DNA of 64,000 bases from positions 21,188 to 85,187 of the forward strand of contig CAVQQL010000025.1 of assembly GCA_963714945.1 (NCBI GenBank), written 5' to 3'. The position numbers and the translations under genes were made by a program. Origin of the DNA: an uncultured Bacteroidota bacterium. GTDB taxonomy: Bacteria > Bacteroidota > Bacteroidia > Cytophagales > Cyclobacteriaceae. The notes beneath the pieces are model-generated. The model had not been told where the DNA came from and did not search any database. It worked only from the letters and a program-made list of their open reading frames with translations. This document shows positions 1 through 10,454 of the stretch, piece by piece (positions within the stretch are counted from its first letter, which is position 1; each line of letters opens with the position of its first letter).

Positions 1-501
1 TCCTTTCGGTGCGTGAATTTGGCCTTGCCGAGAAAATATCCCATAATAATTGCAAATGCTGCGTGCGCGGGCACCGCAGTGAACATTCTTAGCACTCCGG
101 TGGCAAACCCGTATTGAAAAACATATACCATATTTTCAACAGTGGCGAAGCCCATAGCTACCATTACGGCATAGACAATGCCATCAAATGGTTCGTTGAA
201 ATTTTTATTATAGTAAAGAATAAAGCGGACAAAAATAAACTTGCTGAACTCTTCAATGAGCGCAACCTTGAAGAATGCATTGAAGAATTGTTCTGTAACA
301 TCTGCCTCCGATGTCAGGAATTAATAGATTTACGGGCCAACTTATTAGCATCGTAACTAAAGTACTCAGACCTCCATACAAGAAACTTAGAAAGAGCAGG
401 CTAAAAGGTTCGCGTTCATGCTTGTCTTTCAAATAGATGAAGAGCATTATGGCAGCCCCAGGGGCAAGGGCTAAAGAGAATAGGCTAAGGGCATTCATCA
501 A
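1..501 (-). CDS. PrsW-family intramembrane glutamic/metallo protease; +1 frameshift near 317; runs off the window's left edge
   Basis: N-term ALAPG..YLKDKHEREP. After the shift it reads ..VALIEEFSK..NEPFDGIVYA..GFATVEN..AVPAHAAF, giving the PrsW EExxK, FxxxEN and HxxF motifs. Confidence 0.85.
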
Positions 502-566
502 GACTATATGAACGTCTAAGATAGACTATAATCGTTAATTTCCGATTGTACAATAGCACGGGTGTC

Positions 567-1106
567 TTATTCTATTACGCTTTCTACTTCCTCCATTTTG
601 GCATCAGAATATTTTCCCGAAGTGGCATGGATAATTTTCCCGGTAGTATCAAGCACAAAAAAGTAAGGGATGTCTTTTCGCTCGAAATCAAGTGCTTCTT
701 TATATGATTTTATCTCACCTTTATAAAACAGGACATAGGGCAGCAGTTGTGGATCAATATTCTTTAGCGCCTTACGCTTTGCTGTGCCAGTGGCAGCAGC
801 GTTGATTCCTGTGAACATAGGCACAAAGTACACATTAACGTCATATCCAAAGCCGGCCATTAAGCCGGTTGTTTTTTGAATGAATGTTTCAAAGACCGGT
901 TGAAACCATGAGTTTAGCTCATCTTCAGATTTCTTTGAGTACGCCAACCCCACTAAGGTATATTTGCCCATTACCTCCTGAGGGAGTTTTATTGTTTTAT
1001 CTTCTACTGTTTCGGCTTCCATATCTGGAAACATTTTGCCGATGACCTGAGCGTGAAGCGTAAAGGTTAACGCAAATCCTAAAAAGAGTAAACTGAATTT
1101 CTTCAT
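567..1106 (-). CDS. Secreted thioredoxin-like-fold protein (ATP10-like)
   Basis: Signal peptide; GKMFPDMEAET..LP..GKYTLVGLAY..SW and PYFFVLDTTGKII..SG pattern; no CxxC. Confidence 0.6.
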   Translation of the reverse strand: MKKFSLLFLGFALTFTLHAQVIGKMFPDMEAETVEDKTIKLPQEVMGKYTLVGLAYSKKSEDELNSWFQPVFETFIQKTTGLMAGFGYDVNVYFVPMFTGINAAATGTAKRKALKNIDPQLLPYVLFYKGEIKSYKEALDFERKDIPYFFVLDTTGKIIHATSGKYSDAKMEEVESVIE

Positions 1107-1231
1107 AACGTTGTATTTTGAAAGCTGAAGTTACTAAAACCATACCAGAATAGTCCAACTTGAAATTCATGGCTCGTTCCTGCGGGCGTTGATGCCGGTG
1201 TTTATTTGAATGAAATGAACCTGTGAATGGG

Positions 1232-1819
1232 TTAGCGCACCCATTTTACTTTCTCTTCTATAGGATTCCTCCTTCTTTCAGGCAATGTGTTATTAGGCAT
1301 GCCCACATGGAGAAATCCAAGCAACTTATCTTCTCCAGTTAATCCGAAAAATTCCTTGGCTTCTTCAAAATACGTAATGCCACCGGTGCTGAGGTAAGTA
1401 CCAACACCGTATGCAGTCGCGGTCAGGTACATATTCTCAATTGCGCAGAAGACGGCGCCAATTTCTTCTACTATGGGGATGGATTCTTCTTCATCCCGTT
1501 TCATGCAGACTGCAACAATATGCGACGACAACAAGGGTTTGGTAAGCAAGTTCTGATACCGATTTTCTCGATAAGAACCATCGGCTGTCGCTATTTTTTT
1601 ATAAAGCGCGCTCTGAAAGTCGGCCAATTTCTTCAATCCACCGTCAGTAAATACTACAAACCGCCATGGCTCGGTGAGTTTGTGGGTGGGCGCACAGTTA
1701 GCATTTTGAAGCATTTGCGCTATGATCGCGTCATCAACACGCTCGCCGCTGTATTGGGGCTGAAAAGTAGATCTGCGATTTTGGATTACCTCGTTGACCA
1801 TTTCGGGATTAATATTCAT
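1232..1819 (-). CDS. Nitroreductase family protein
   Basis: IQNRRS, ANCAPTHKLTEPWRF, AIENMYLTATAYGVG motifs. Confidence 0.9.
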   Translation of the reverse strand: MNINPEMVNEVIQNRRSTFQPQYSGERVDDAIIAQMLQNANCAPTHKLTEPWRFVVFTDGGLKKLADFQSALYKKIATADGSYRENRYQNLLTKPLLSSHIVAVCMKRDEEESIPIVEEIGAVFCAIENMYLTATAYGVGTYLSTGGITYFEEAKEFFGLTGEDKLLGFLHVGMPNNTLPERRRNPIEEKVKWVR

Positions 1820-1863
1820 TCTGTTTCTTTTTCCTAAATTTAAGATATCAACGCATTTATGCC

Positions 1864-2587
1864 ATGAAGAAATTTATGCTAGTCGTAGTCGTGTTTTCAT
1901 CGTGTGCACCAGTCTATGTTCCAAATGCGCGCAACTCGCCGTTGTTCACCAAGGCAGGGGAAGCTTCAGGGATCGGTGCAATTCGGAAATGGGTTGGATT
2001 TACAAGGTGCGGTATCTGTTACGAATCACATAGGGTTAATGGCAAATTATTCGTATGCTGATCGCAAGAGCAATCCTTATGACACCGATAATCTGGATGA
2101 ATATCACTACCATAATTTTTTTGAAGGCGGTGTGGGTTATTATGAAAATCAGGGGAATTGGTGTTATGAAATTTTTGCCGGGTATGGAAAAGGCGAGGGG
2201 GCAAGCTACGATACGTATTCGTGGTGGGGTGTTCAGAGTGAACGGGCGACGGGCAAGTATGAACGTTATTTTATACAACCTGCGTTTGGATTGAATAAGA
2301 AGATCATGCACGTGTCGTTCGTACCACGAATTTCAATCGTTGATTTCACGGAGTTCACTAATGACCTGGTTACTTACCCCGTCGACGATAATCCACGCGT
2401 TTTTATCGAGCCGGCTGTTATTGGTAGGGTAAACTTGATGGAGAACCATCTTTTCTTTGTTTTTCAGGCGGGCGTATCATTCCCTGCTACCTCAAATTTG
2501 TATTATGAATACCGACCGTTTCAATTTTCCACAGGGATGGGTTTCAGGTTTGGGGGAATGAAAAAGGAAACGCTGATAGATCAGTAG
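1864..2587 (+). CDS. Putative lipoprotein with outer-membrane beta-barrel-like body; +1 frameshift near 1962
   Basis: MKKF..FSSC lipobox ORF (1864) joins the 1904 ORF at GE/LQGSVQFG; aromatic- and Gly-rich alternating strands. Confidence 0.6.
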
Positions 2588-2627
2588 AATGATGGCACCA
2601 CCACTAAGGATGCAGGTGGCGTATTAC

Positions 2628-3749
2628 CTATTTGGGGAAGAGACTTGCATCAATATTCGGTATTACTTTCAGCGCATTTTTATAGTAAATCTTCTTCAAT
2701 AGGTCATCCGGCAAATCCAGTCCGTACATTCTCCAAAAGGCGTGATAGCGTTTGTGGTATGGGAAATAGTCATCGGCGCTCTCGAGCACCCGAAAGTAGG
2801 TAGTGTACTCTTCCGGGACCCAGGAATCTTTGCCGAACATCACACGGTCTTGATATTTCATCAAGAAATTGCGTGCCGCTCTTGGCTGCCTGCCCAATTC
2901 GGCGATTACCGCGCCGATCTCGGTATACATATTGGGGAATTGATCCATCAATTCGCCAAGTTTCTTGAGGTCACTTCCATACCAACCGAGGTGGGCGTTA
3001 ATGAACTTTGTTTTCGGATGCTTTTTGAAAATATTGTGTTGCTCGGCGATAATAGTTTCCCAGGAGACTGGATCTGTATCGTGTCGTCTGCCCGGATGCG
3101 TTTTGAGTTCTAACCAACGTTCATTGTTTTTGTCAATTGGCTGCCAGAATTGTCTCGGATCGGCGGCATGGATCAACACCGGTATCCCCAAGGCGCCGCA
3201 TTTTTCCCAGACCGGATCAATTCGAGGATCGTCAATATGAATTCGGACGCCTTTGCTATCCTTGTTGAACATGCCCAGACTTTTGTAAACCTTTAGTCCA
3301 TTGGCTCCTTTTCTTACATCCTCTGCCAGTTGGTTTACGGTGCGCTGCTGCCAATCTGGTTCATCAATGCCAGAAAAATCGACATTGGTAAAAACAATAA
3401 ATCGATTTGGACTCGTCTTTTTCACATTTTCCAATGCCTTTTCCAGGTGTTCTGTGCTACCCCGGCCCCGGCCACTGAGATTTACCATCACAGCCATGTT
3501 CAACTTGTCCATCTCTTGTGCTAATTTGGTAAGATCCTGGGAGGGCATGTTAAATTGGTGATTATGGACATCGATAAAAGGGTATTTTGCATGCGTCAAG
3601 ATATGCTCTGGCACAACTAATGAAGACGGCGGATCATAGTCTTCAAAATCCATTCTCATATCAAGTGGTTTATCCTGTGCGCAGGCATAAACTGTGCTTA
3701 AAACAGACGTTGCCAAAAAAACAATATTCTTCATCCTTTTTAAAATCAT
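2628..3749 (-). CDS. Amidohydrolase family protein (secreted; start probably 3734)
   Basis: IDVHNH metal motif, GLKVYK, VLIHAADP, INAHLG, FGKD. Confidence 0.88.
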   Translation of the reverse strand: MILKRMKNIVFLATSVLSTVYACAQDKPLDMRMDFEDYDPPSSLVVPEHILTHAKYPFIDVHNHQFNMPSQDLTKLAQEMDKLNMAVMVNLSGRGRGSTEHLEKALENVKKTSPNRFIVFTNVDFSGIDEPDWQQRTVNQLAEDVRKGANGLKVYKSLGMFNKDSKGVRIHIDDPRIDPVWEKCGALGIPVLIHAADPRQFWQPIDKNNERWLELKTHPGRRHDTDPVSWETIIAEQHNIFKKHPKTKFINAHLGWYGSDLKKLGELMDQFPNMYTEIGAVIAELGRQPRAARNFLMKYQDRVMFGKDSWVPEEYTTYFRVLESADDYFPYHKRYHAFWRMYGLDLPDDLLKKIYYKNALKVIPNIDASLFPK

Positions 3750-3943
3750 TTTTTAAGATACGCGGAAAGCGAGAATCGTGGGAATAAAATCTTCGGACGG
3801 AAGATACGTTGTTTAAACGTCAATCTCAGGAGGATAGGTTCTGCGGTATAGGGATTCAGGATTAAGCGTCAGGCGTTATTAGGAACCGGGTAGCCAGGGG
3901 AAGGCTAATTTTATTTATCTTGGCTGATGATTAACCCATTGAT

Positions 3944-5059
3944 ATGAAACTAGTTTCAGTTCTTTTTATATTTCTATTATTATTTTCCGCTACGGCGGTG
4001 GGGGCGCAGGATCAGCAGCTCGAGGCAGCGAAAAAGAAAATCGATTCTAAAAATTTTGCAGGCGCTAAGGCTGACCTCACAAAGATTATCGACATCAGTC
4101 CAAAAAATAAAATCGCCCTAAACTTGCGGGGACTGGCACGCTTAGGCCTTGATGATTATTATGGCGCCATCGGTGATTTTAACTTTGCGCTTGAGGTTGA
4201 TTCAACGTTCGCAGAGGCTTTGAATCATCGCGGTGAAGCAAAGATGGCATTGGGCGATGATGAAGCCGCCATTCTGGATTTTGATCGGGCGATACGATCC
4301 AATGTGAAATTTGCGGATGCCTATAGCAATAGAGGCTTGGCCAAATATAATATTGAGGATTTGCAGGGAGCATATTTTGATTTTTCAAAAGCCCTTGAAT
4401 TGGGGCCGGCGGATGCGGACAAATACTTTAACCGAGGCGTAACGAAATCAGAGCTGGGCGAGTTTGTAAGCGCTATCGATGATTACACAAAGTCCATTGC
4501 GTTAGACAAGACTGATCCCGGCCTTTATAACTACCGTGGTGTTGCGCATTATAATGTCGGCAATCTGGATCAGGCCATAGCAGACTATGATGAGGCCATC
4601 AGGCTTGACCCGAAAGATGCGCAAACATATGAAAATAGGGCCTTGGCGAAAGGAGCAAAGGAAAATTACAAAGAAGCGATAGAGGATTATACTAAAGCGA
4701 TAGAACTTAACCCCGAGGAGCCTGAAACCTATAATCTAAGGGGCGTAACAAAATACAATCTGCAAGACCATGAGGGCGCTATCGCAGACTACACAAAAGC
4801 AATTGAACTGGATGAGACAAACCCGGTATATTTTGACAATCGAGCCCTGAGCAAAACTGAAAAGGAAGACTTTGCAGGAGCCGTTGAAGACTATTCAACT
4901 TCCATTGAATTGTACCCAAGCGACCCTGAAACGTACTACCAAAGGGGCCTGGTAAAACTGAGCATGAATAACAAATACGATGCTTGCCTTGACCTCCGAC
5001 GGGCGGAAGAACTCGGATCAGAGGAAGCAAGGGGCGCGATCAAGAAGAATTGCAAATAG
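3944..5059 (+). CDS. Tetratricopeptide repeat protein with signal peptide
   Basis: About 9-10 tandem 34-aa repeats (Y.NRG..K..L..Y..AI.DY.KAIEL.P); C-term ACLDL..A.ELG. Confidence 0.92.
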   Translation: MKLVSVLFIFLLLFSATAVGAQDQQLEAAKKKIDSKNFAGAKADLTKIIDISPKNKIALNLRGLARLGLDDYYGAIGDFNFALEVDSTFAEALNHRGEAKMALGDDEAAILDFDRAIRSNVKFADAYSNRGLAKYNIEDLQGAYFDFSKALELGPADADKYFNRGVTKSELGEFVSAIDDYTKSIALDKTDPGLYNYRGVAHYNVGNLDQAIADYDEAIRLDPKDAQTYENRALAKGAKENYKEAIEDYTKAIELNPEEPETYNLRGVTKYNLQDHEGAIADYTKAIELDETNPVYFDNRALSKTEKEDFAGAVEDYSTSIELYPSDPETYYQRGLVKLSMNNKYDACLDLRRAEELGSEEARGAIKKNCK

Positions 5060-5097
5060 TAGCGCCAACGAGCAATGAATCACCAGGACCAAGCCGT

Positions 5098-5574
5098 CTA
5101 TTTTTTCACTACCAAGGTGCCTGCTATCATATCATGGAGCGCCTGCTTCTTTTCCGTAAAAGCCGCCATCAGATAACCGATAAGCAATATCATAGAAGAT
5201 ATTATTTTGGAAATACTGCGTACCAGAGCTTTCGTAAAATCTAACTTATTGCCGTTAATATCGGTCACTTTCAAGCCCAACACCATCTTGCCGATCGAGG
5301 CCTGGTAATTTGAAGACTCCAGGAGCGTATAGTATAGCGTTTGAATGATCAGGAAAACAAATTGGGAAACGCCAGCTACGGCCATGACCTGCCCGATCAT
5401 GGAGATTGCCTGGGTTTCATCGGCAGCATCGAAATTAGGTAGGTCATTGGCCAATCCAATGCCCATAATGCCCAAAATTGGCATAATTGCTATGAATTGT
5501 ACGGCGCCAAGAATGATTCCATCGATGATAAAAGCTACAAAGCGGAGCCAGAATCCAGCATAGTTTGCATCCAT
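5098..5574 (-). CDS. RDD family membrane protein
   Basis: YAGFWLRFVAFIID, ASIGKMVLGLKV, KQALHDMIAGTLVV. Confidence 0.93.
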   Translation of the reverse strand: MDANYAGFWLRFVAFIIDGIILGAVQFIAIMPILGIMGIGLANDLPNFDAADETQAISMIGQVMAVAGVSQFVFLIIQTLYYTLLESSNYQASIGKMVLGLKVTDINGNKLDFTKALVRSISKIISSMILLIGYLMAAFTEKKQALHDMIAGTLVVKK

Positions 5575-5677
5575 ATTTAATTAGGGTTAGGTTTCTTAAA
5601 TCTAATCTATTAAAATCAACCCTGCAAAGCGAAACCTGTTCGCTTTGACCCTGCACTCAACTTCTTAAGACGACTCA

Positions 5678-6199
5678 GTGAACGCGAAACTCCTCTATCA
5701 ATTTGATCAATTGGAAAATGACAGAACCAGTTTGTTGCGCGTGCTTTCAAAACACCCGGAATCAAAATTGGATAATAAGTTAGACTCGGGAGATTGGTCG
5801 ATTAATCAGATTCTTATTCACCTACTAACTTCTGAGCAGCTTACGTTGGGATATTTAAAGAAGAAATCCCTGGGCGTCGATCAACTTGGTAGATCGGGCG
5901 CAATGGAGTGGGTCAAACTAATGCTGCTCAACCTTTCTCAGCGTATGCCATTCAAGTTCAAGGCACCAACGACGTTGGTAGAGCACACGCCCAATGCTAT
6001 GCCACTGCCCGATCTTGTTGAGCGTTGGGATTCATCTCGCACTGAGCTCAGTAATTTTCTGGAAACTATTCATGACGATAACCTCCACAAATTGATTTTC
6101 AAACATCCAATAGCAGGTCGCTTTGACGTGCTACAGTGCCTCACCTTCATGCGCGCACATTTCCAACACCACCTACCCCAAATCAATCGCCTACTTTGA
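5678..6199 (+). CDS. DinB family protein
   Basis: WSINQILIHL, HPIAG, AHFQHHLPQI. Confidence 0.85.
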   Translation: MNAKLLYQFDQLENDRTSLLRVLSKHPESKLDNKLDSGDWSINQILIHLLTSEQLTLGYLKKKSLGVDQLGRSGAMEWVKLMLLNLSQRMPFKFKAPTTLVEHTPNAMPLPDLVERWDSSRTELSNFLETIHDDNLHKLIFKHPIAGRFDVLQCLTFMRAHFQHHLPQINRLL

Positions 6200-6334
6200 A
6201 ATTTCGCTTGGTTAATTGTTTCTTCGCGTTGCGGAAGACGACGAAAGATATCTGCCAACTACCCTCATTTGCACGTATTGAATTTTTCCAGTTACCTGAT
6301 GATGTGAAAATGGGGGTCATCCCCGCTGAGGATA

Positions 6335-6811
6335 TTATTCAACAATCTCTTTGACAAATTTCCAAACCAACTCGGCCTCAAAACCCTTGCGAATGGCATA
6401 CGATGCCAGTTTGTTGCGCTTGACGAAAGAATTCTCTTCTTCCCATTGCATGGATTTTTTCACCAACAATTTTCGAAGCGCATCCTGGTAGTCACTTTCG
6501 CCAATTTCCCGCAGTCCTGATGCAATGCAGTTCTTGGTCAGTCCTTTTGCCTCCAGGGCATGAGTTATTTTTATCCTTCCCCAGTTCTTTATCCGAAATT
6601 TCCCACCCGCAAATGCCTTTGCAAACCGTTCTTCATTCAGGAATCCCTCGGTGATAAGATGTGCTAACAGTTCATCCACTTCGTTCGTGAATAGGCCGAA
6701 TCCGTACAATTTATCCTTAACCTCCTGGTGTGTGCGCTCTTGATAGGCACAAAAGGCCTGAATTTTCTGTATTGCCTCCTGCGCAGATATTTTCTTAATG
6801 GGCTTTTGCAC
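6335..6811 (-). CDS. recX: Regulatory protein RecX
   Basis: FCAYQERTHQEV, FLNEERFAKAF..GKF..WGRIKI, YAIRKGFE. Confidence 0.93.
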   Translation of the reverse strand: MQKPIKKISAQEAIQKIQAFCAYQERTHQEVKDKLYGFGLFTNEVDELLAHLITEGFLNEERFAKAFAGGKFRIKNWGRIKITHALEAKGLTKNCIASGLREIGESDYQDALRKLLVKKSMQWEEENSFVKRNKLASYAIRKGFEAELVWKFVKEIVE

Positions 6812-6864
6812 GGGTTAAGAGCAGAATCAAGTGTGATGGAGCGTACCTGGTTTCGTCGGCAGGG

Positions 6865-7350
6865 TTATTGTTTTATGAACCCCTTAGTTCTAAGAATGCT
6901 CGCTACGAATTTGCGCTCATTATCTGTATTAAATATCTTGAAAGGCCAGTAGATTATTTGCGCCTTGTTTACAAAAAGGACAAAATGGTCCTTGCCAATT
7001 GCTGCGCTTTTGATTTGGTCCCACTTCATGGGCATCCCTTCACGCGGATTAATTTTCATTAGAATTTGCTGACTGCTTATTTCGTATGAAAATTTTTCGA
7101 AGAGCATTTTGCCTTGTTCTAACTGAGTCACCCCGTAAAACTGGATCCACCAGAAGAGCAAATACAGACCCAGGCCTATCACCGCGCCGATAAACCACCA
7201 TATGGTCGCTGCTCCGGGAATGAAGTAGCAAAGACACAACGCTGCAGCAACAGCCAGGGCAATCCATCCTTGTTTTCTCAGGATGCTTTTGAGCGCCATA
7301 TTGATGTACGTCTTTTTTTCCAGCTTGTAATTCTTGGTTCTTACTATCAT
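6865..7350 (-). CDS. YcxB-like membrane protein
   Basis: Two TM helices followed by a C-terminal bPH-like domain (MKWDQIKSA..KDHFVLF..P.KIF). Confidence 0.7.
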   Translation of the reverse strand: MIVRTKNYKLEKKTYINMALKSILRKQGWIALAVAAALCLCYFIPGAATIWWFIGAVIGLGLYLLFWWIQFYGVTQLEQGKMLFEKFSYEISSQQILMKINPREGMPMKWDQIKSAAIGKDHFVLFVNKAQIIYWPFKIFNTDNERKFVASILRTKGFIKQ

Positions 7351-7397
7351 AGTTCAGTTCACAGTTATCAATTTCGGTTGATCTATCGGTTCTGCTG

Positions 7398-8258
7398 CTA
7401 GAATGATTTTAAACTCAAATCCATGCTTTTGAAAGAGTGTGTAAGCGCGCCCACCGAGATAAAATCTACGCCACACTCGGCAACACTTTTAATTGTCTTT
7501 TCCGTGATATTTCCGCTAGCTTCAGTTTTGAATTTCCTGTCGATCAGTCGCACGGCATCCTGCATTTCTCCGAGGCTCATATTGTCCAGCATAATAACGT
7601 CAATCCCTCCGATGTCGAGTACCTTTCTTACTTCTTCAAGGTTCCGGGTTTCGACTTCAATCTTCAGTTTTTTGTTTGCCGCGCGAAGGTAGTCTTTTGT
7701 TCGTTGGATCGCTTGCGCAATTCCCCCGGCCATATCAATATGGTTGTCTTTCAGCATGATCATATCAAAAAGACCAAGCCTGTGATTCTCTCCGCCACCT
7801 ATTCTAACGGCCCATTTTTCCAATAGCCGAAAGTTAGGTGTTGTTTTTCGTGTATCGAGCAGGGCGACCCCTGTTCCGGCCACTAACGTCGTCAGAAAAT
7901 GCGTTTTTGTTGCAATGCCACTCATTCGCTGCATACAATTGAGCACCAACCGCTCTGTTGTAAGTATTGACCGGGCCGAACCTTCAACAGAAAAAGAAAT
8001 ATCGCCTGTGGTTACGTTACTACCGTCAGGATGGTAGACCTCAGTCTTAAGTGTGGGATCAAAAAAACGGAAAATGGTCTCAGCCAACGTAACGCCCGCA
8101 AGTATTCCGACGTCTTTGATAATCAGTTTGGCCTTACGCGTTGTATTAACGGGTATCGACGCCAGTGTCGAATGGTCACCTTCGCCAATATCTTCGGCTA
8201 AGGCCGCGGCGACAAACCTTTCTAGATACTGATCAGTAATGTAATCTGGTTGCACCAT
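7398..8258 (-). CDS. nadC: Nicotinate-nucleotide diphosphorylase (carboxylating), QPRTase
   Basis: AEDIGEGD, ERLVLN, LDTRKTTP, NHRLGLFDMIMLKDNH, MLDNM, EASG, SVGALTHS. Confidence 0.97.
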   Translation of the reverse strand: MVQPDYITDQYLERFVAAALAEDIGEGDHSTLASIPVNTTRKAKLIIKDVGILAGVTLAETIFRFFDPTLKTEVYHPDGSNVTTGDISFSVEGSARSILTTERLVLNCMQRMSGIATKTHFLTTLVAGTGVALLDTRKTTPNFRLLEKWAVRIGGGENHRLGLFDMIMLKDNHIDMAGGIAQAIQRTKDYLRAANKKLKIEVETRNLEEVRKVLDIGGIDVIMLDNMSLGEMQDAVRLIDRKFKTEASGNITEKTIKSVAECGVDFISVGALTHSFKSMDLSLKSF

Positions 8259-8329
8259 GCAAAAGTAGGATGCAAATTTGAAGGATTAGCGGATGCGTCA
8301 GATTTTTTAGATGACAAGGCCAGCAGTCG

Positions 8330-8731
8330 CTACTCTTTTGCGAAGGAAATTTCATGTACTAGTTGCTGGCTGTCTGCCCCTTTTATTTTCATATAAACGC
8401 GGTAGGTTTCACCCCCGCTTTTATATTGCCCAATTCCAAAAGTCTGTCCTCCCTTGGAAGTACCCTGGTGTATGATTTTAAACTCGGTCGGAGGATGTTG
8501 TTTAAAGAAATCTCGAAAAATAAATTCGGCTTGCGCTTTACTGTACGATTGTGGGCCGCCATCAAGGGTCACATCGACTGTTTGATTGAGAAATTTGGAC
8601 AGTTCTTTGGCGCTGCCAGCCTTTATAGTCTCCTTTACCTGGCTAATAACATCTGTCTGTGCATACAAAATCGCATCTTGAAAACTTGCGAGCAAGAAAG
8701 CGATTGATAATAGGTATCTGTTCAATTTCAT
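8330..8731 (-). CDS. DUF4783 domain-containing secreted protein
   Basis: IKAGSAKELS..F, YSKAQAE.I.RDFF..HPP..F..HQG; typical position upstream of nadC. Confidence 0.85.
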   Translation of the reverse strand: MKLNRYLLSIAFLLASFQDAILYAQTDVISQVKETIKAGSAKELSKFLNQTVDVTLDGGPQSYSKAQAEFIFRDFFKQHPPTEFKIIHQGTSKGGQTFGIGQYKSGGETYRVYMKIKGADSQQLVHEISFAKE

Positions 8732-8857
8732 TATGAAATAAATTCAGGCCAAAATTATGCCACTGTTGCAAGATAATGAATTATTAACTGTCGATTGGGA
8801 ATGCAAACGATTACTACGTTGTTTGAACAGATAAGCCTTTATTCGTACAATCCTGAT

Positions 8858-8865
8858 TATATTTG
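8858..8865 (+). promoter_or_regulatory. Bacteroidota sigma-A -7 element (TATATTTG) for gpmI
   Basis: Matches TAnnTTTG, 35 nt upstream of the gpmI ATG. Confidence 0.65.
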
Positions 8866-8900
8866 CGCGCTTATCCATTACCCCAAAAACATTATTTCCC

Positions 8901-10427
8901 ATGAATAAGAAAGTTTTATTGATGATTTTGGATGGCTGGGGCATAGCCACAAACAAGAAAGTTTCAGCCATAGACCAGGCTAAAACTCCTTTCGTTGATT
9001 CATTGTACTCAAAATACGCGCACAGTAAGCTCGAAGCTTCAGGCTTGGCCGTTGGATTGCCAGAGGGGCAAATGGGTAATTCCGAGGTAGGCCACATGAA
9101 TATTGGTGCTGGCCGGGTTGTCTATCAGGATTTGGTGCGAATAAACAAAGCTATCGCAGATAATGCGCTGGATTCGAATCCGGTATTGCTTGATGCTTTT
9201 GCCTATGCCAAAAAGAATAGTAAGCGTGTCCATCTCATAGGCCTGGTGTCGGATGGGGGGGTTCATTCGCACCTGGATCACCTGCAGGGTCTGATTTCTA
9301 TTGCGCACAAGAATAAGGTTCAGAATCTATTCGTCCATGCATTTATGGATGGCCGGGACACGGACCCCAAAGGCGGGTTGGCGTACCTGAAAAAACTGAG
9401 TGATGGGCTTGGCAAGGCAGGGGGCAGATTAGCCAGTATTATTGGTCGGTATTATGCCATGGACAGAGATAAAAGATGGGAGCGCGTGAAACTGGCTTAT
9501 GACCTCTTGGTAAAGGGGATTGGTGAAAAAACAATGGACCCATTAAACGCCGTCCTTGAGTCATATGATAAAAACGTGACAGATGAATTCATCAGACCTA
9601 TTGTAGTGGTGGATGCAAACCAACTGCCGATCGGGACGATTGAGACGGGAGACGTTGTCTTATGTTTCAATTTTCGCACGGATCGCGGCAGGGAAATTAC
9701 GGAGGTGTTAACGCAACAAGATTTTCCGGAGCACGGCATGAAGAAGTTGTCGCTTTATTACATTACGCTGACAAATTATGATAATTCTTTTCAGGACGTA
9801 AAAGTCATTTTCAATAAGGACAACCTTGAAAACACTTTAGGGGAAGTTATCTCAAAAGTTGGCAAGAAACAGATTCGCATTGCGGAGACGGAAAAATATC
9901 CCCATGTCACATTCTTTTTTTCTGGTGGTAGGGAAAAGCCTTTTCCGGGAGAGTCGCGAATTCTGTGCCCGTCGCCCAAAGTGGCGACTTATGATTTGGC
10001 ACCTGAGATGAGTGCCAATGAAATCCGAGACAAAATCATACCCGAACTGGAAAAAAAGGAACCGGATTTTATTTGTCTGAACTTTGCGAATCCCGATATG
10101 GTGGGCCATACTGGTGTTTTTGAGGCAGCTGTAAAAGCTGTTGAGACAGTGGATGCCTGTGCGGCACAGGTGGCTGCTGCCGCGCTGAAAAATGGATACA
10201 GCACCATCATCATTGCAGACCATGGTAACGCGGATATGATGATCAACGAAGACGGCTCGCCGAATACAGCACATACTACAAACTTAGTACCCTGCATTCT
10301 GGTTGATGGTACCTACAAAGGGAAACTGCGGGATGGAAAACTTGGCGATCTTGCCCCCACAATTCTGGCATTGATGGGCATCGAAATTCCGGCACAAATG
10401 ACCGGAAACGTTCTTCTTGATACATAA
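8901..10427 (+). CDS. gpmI: 2,3-bisphosphoglycerate-independent phosphoglycerate mutase
   Basis: LDGWG, GQMGNSEVGH, SDGGVHSH, GRYYAMDRD, AETEKYPHVTFF, NPDMVGHTG, ADHGN. Confidence 0.98.
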   Translation: MNKKVLLMILDGWGIATNKKVSAIDQAKTPFVDSLYSKYAHSKLEASGLAVGLPEGQMGNSEVGHMNIGAGRVVYQDLVRINKAIADNALDSNPVLLDAFAYAKKNSKRVHLIGLVSDGGVHSHLDHLQGLISIAHKNKVQNLFVHAFMDGRDTDPKGGLAYLKKLSDGLGKAGGRLASIIGRYYAMDRDKRWERVKLAYDLLVKGIGEKTMDPLNAVLESYDKNVTDEFIRPIVVVDANQLPIGTIETGDVVLCFNFRTDRGREITEVLTQQDFPEHGMKKLSLYYITLTNYDNSFQDVKVIFNKDNLENTLGEVISKVGKKQIRIAETEKYPHVTFFFSGGREKPFPGESRILCPSPKVATYDLAPEMSANEIRDKIIPELEKKEPDFICLNFANPDMVGHTGVFEAAVKAVETVDACAAQVAAAALKNGYSTIIIADHGNADMMINEDGSPNTAHTTNLVPCILVDGTYKGKLRDGKLGDLAPTILALMGIEIPAQMTGNVLLDT

Positions 10428-10454
10428 AACAATAAACTAGTGACGAACAGCAAT

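Noticed and set aside
3944-5059. ~102-bp periodic nucleotide repeats as a possible CRISPR or tandem array
   Set aside because: They are degenerate TPR-coding repeats in an intact ORF, with no identical direct repeats, spacers or cas genes.
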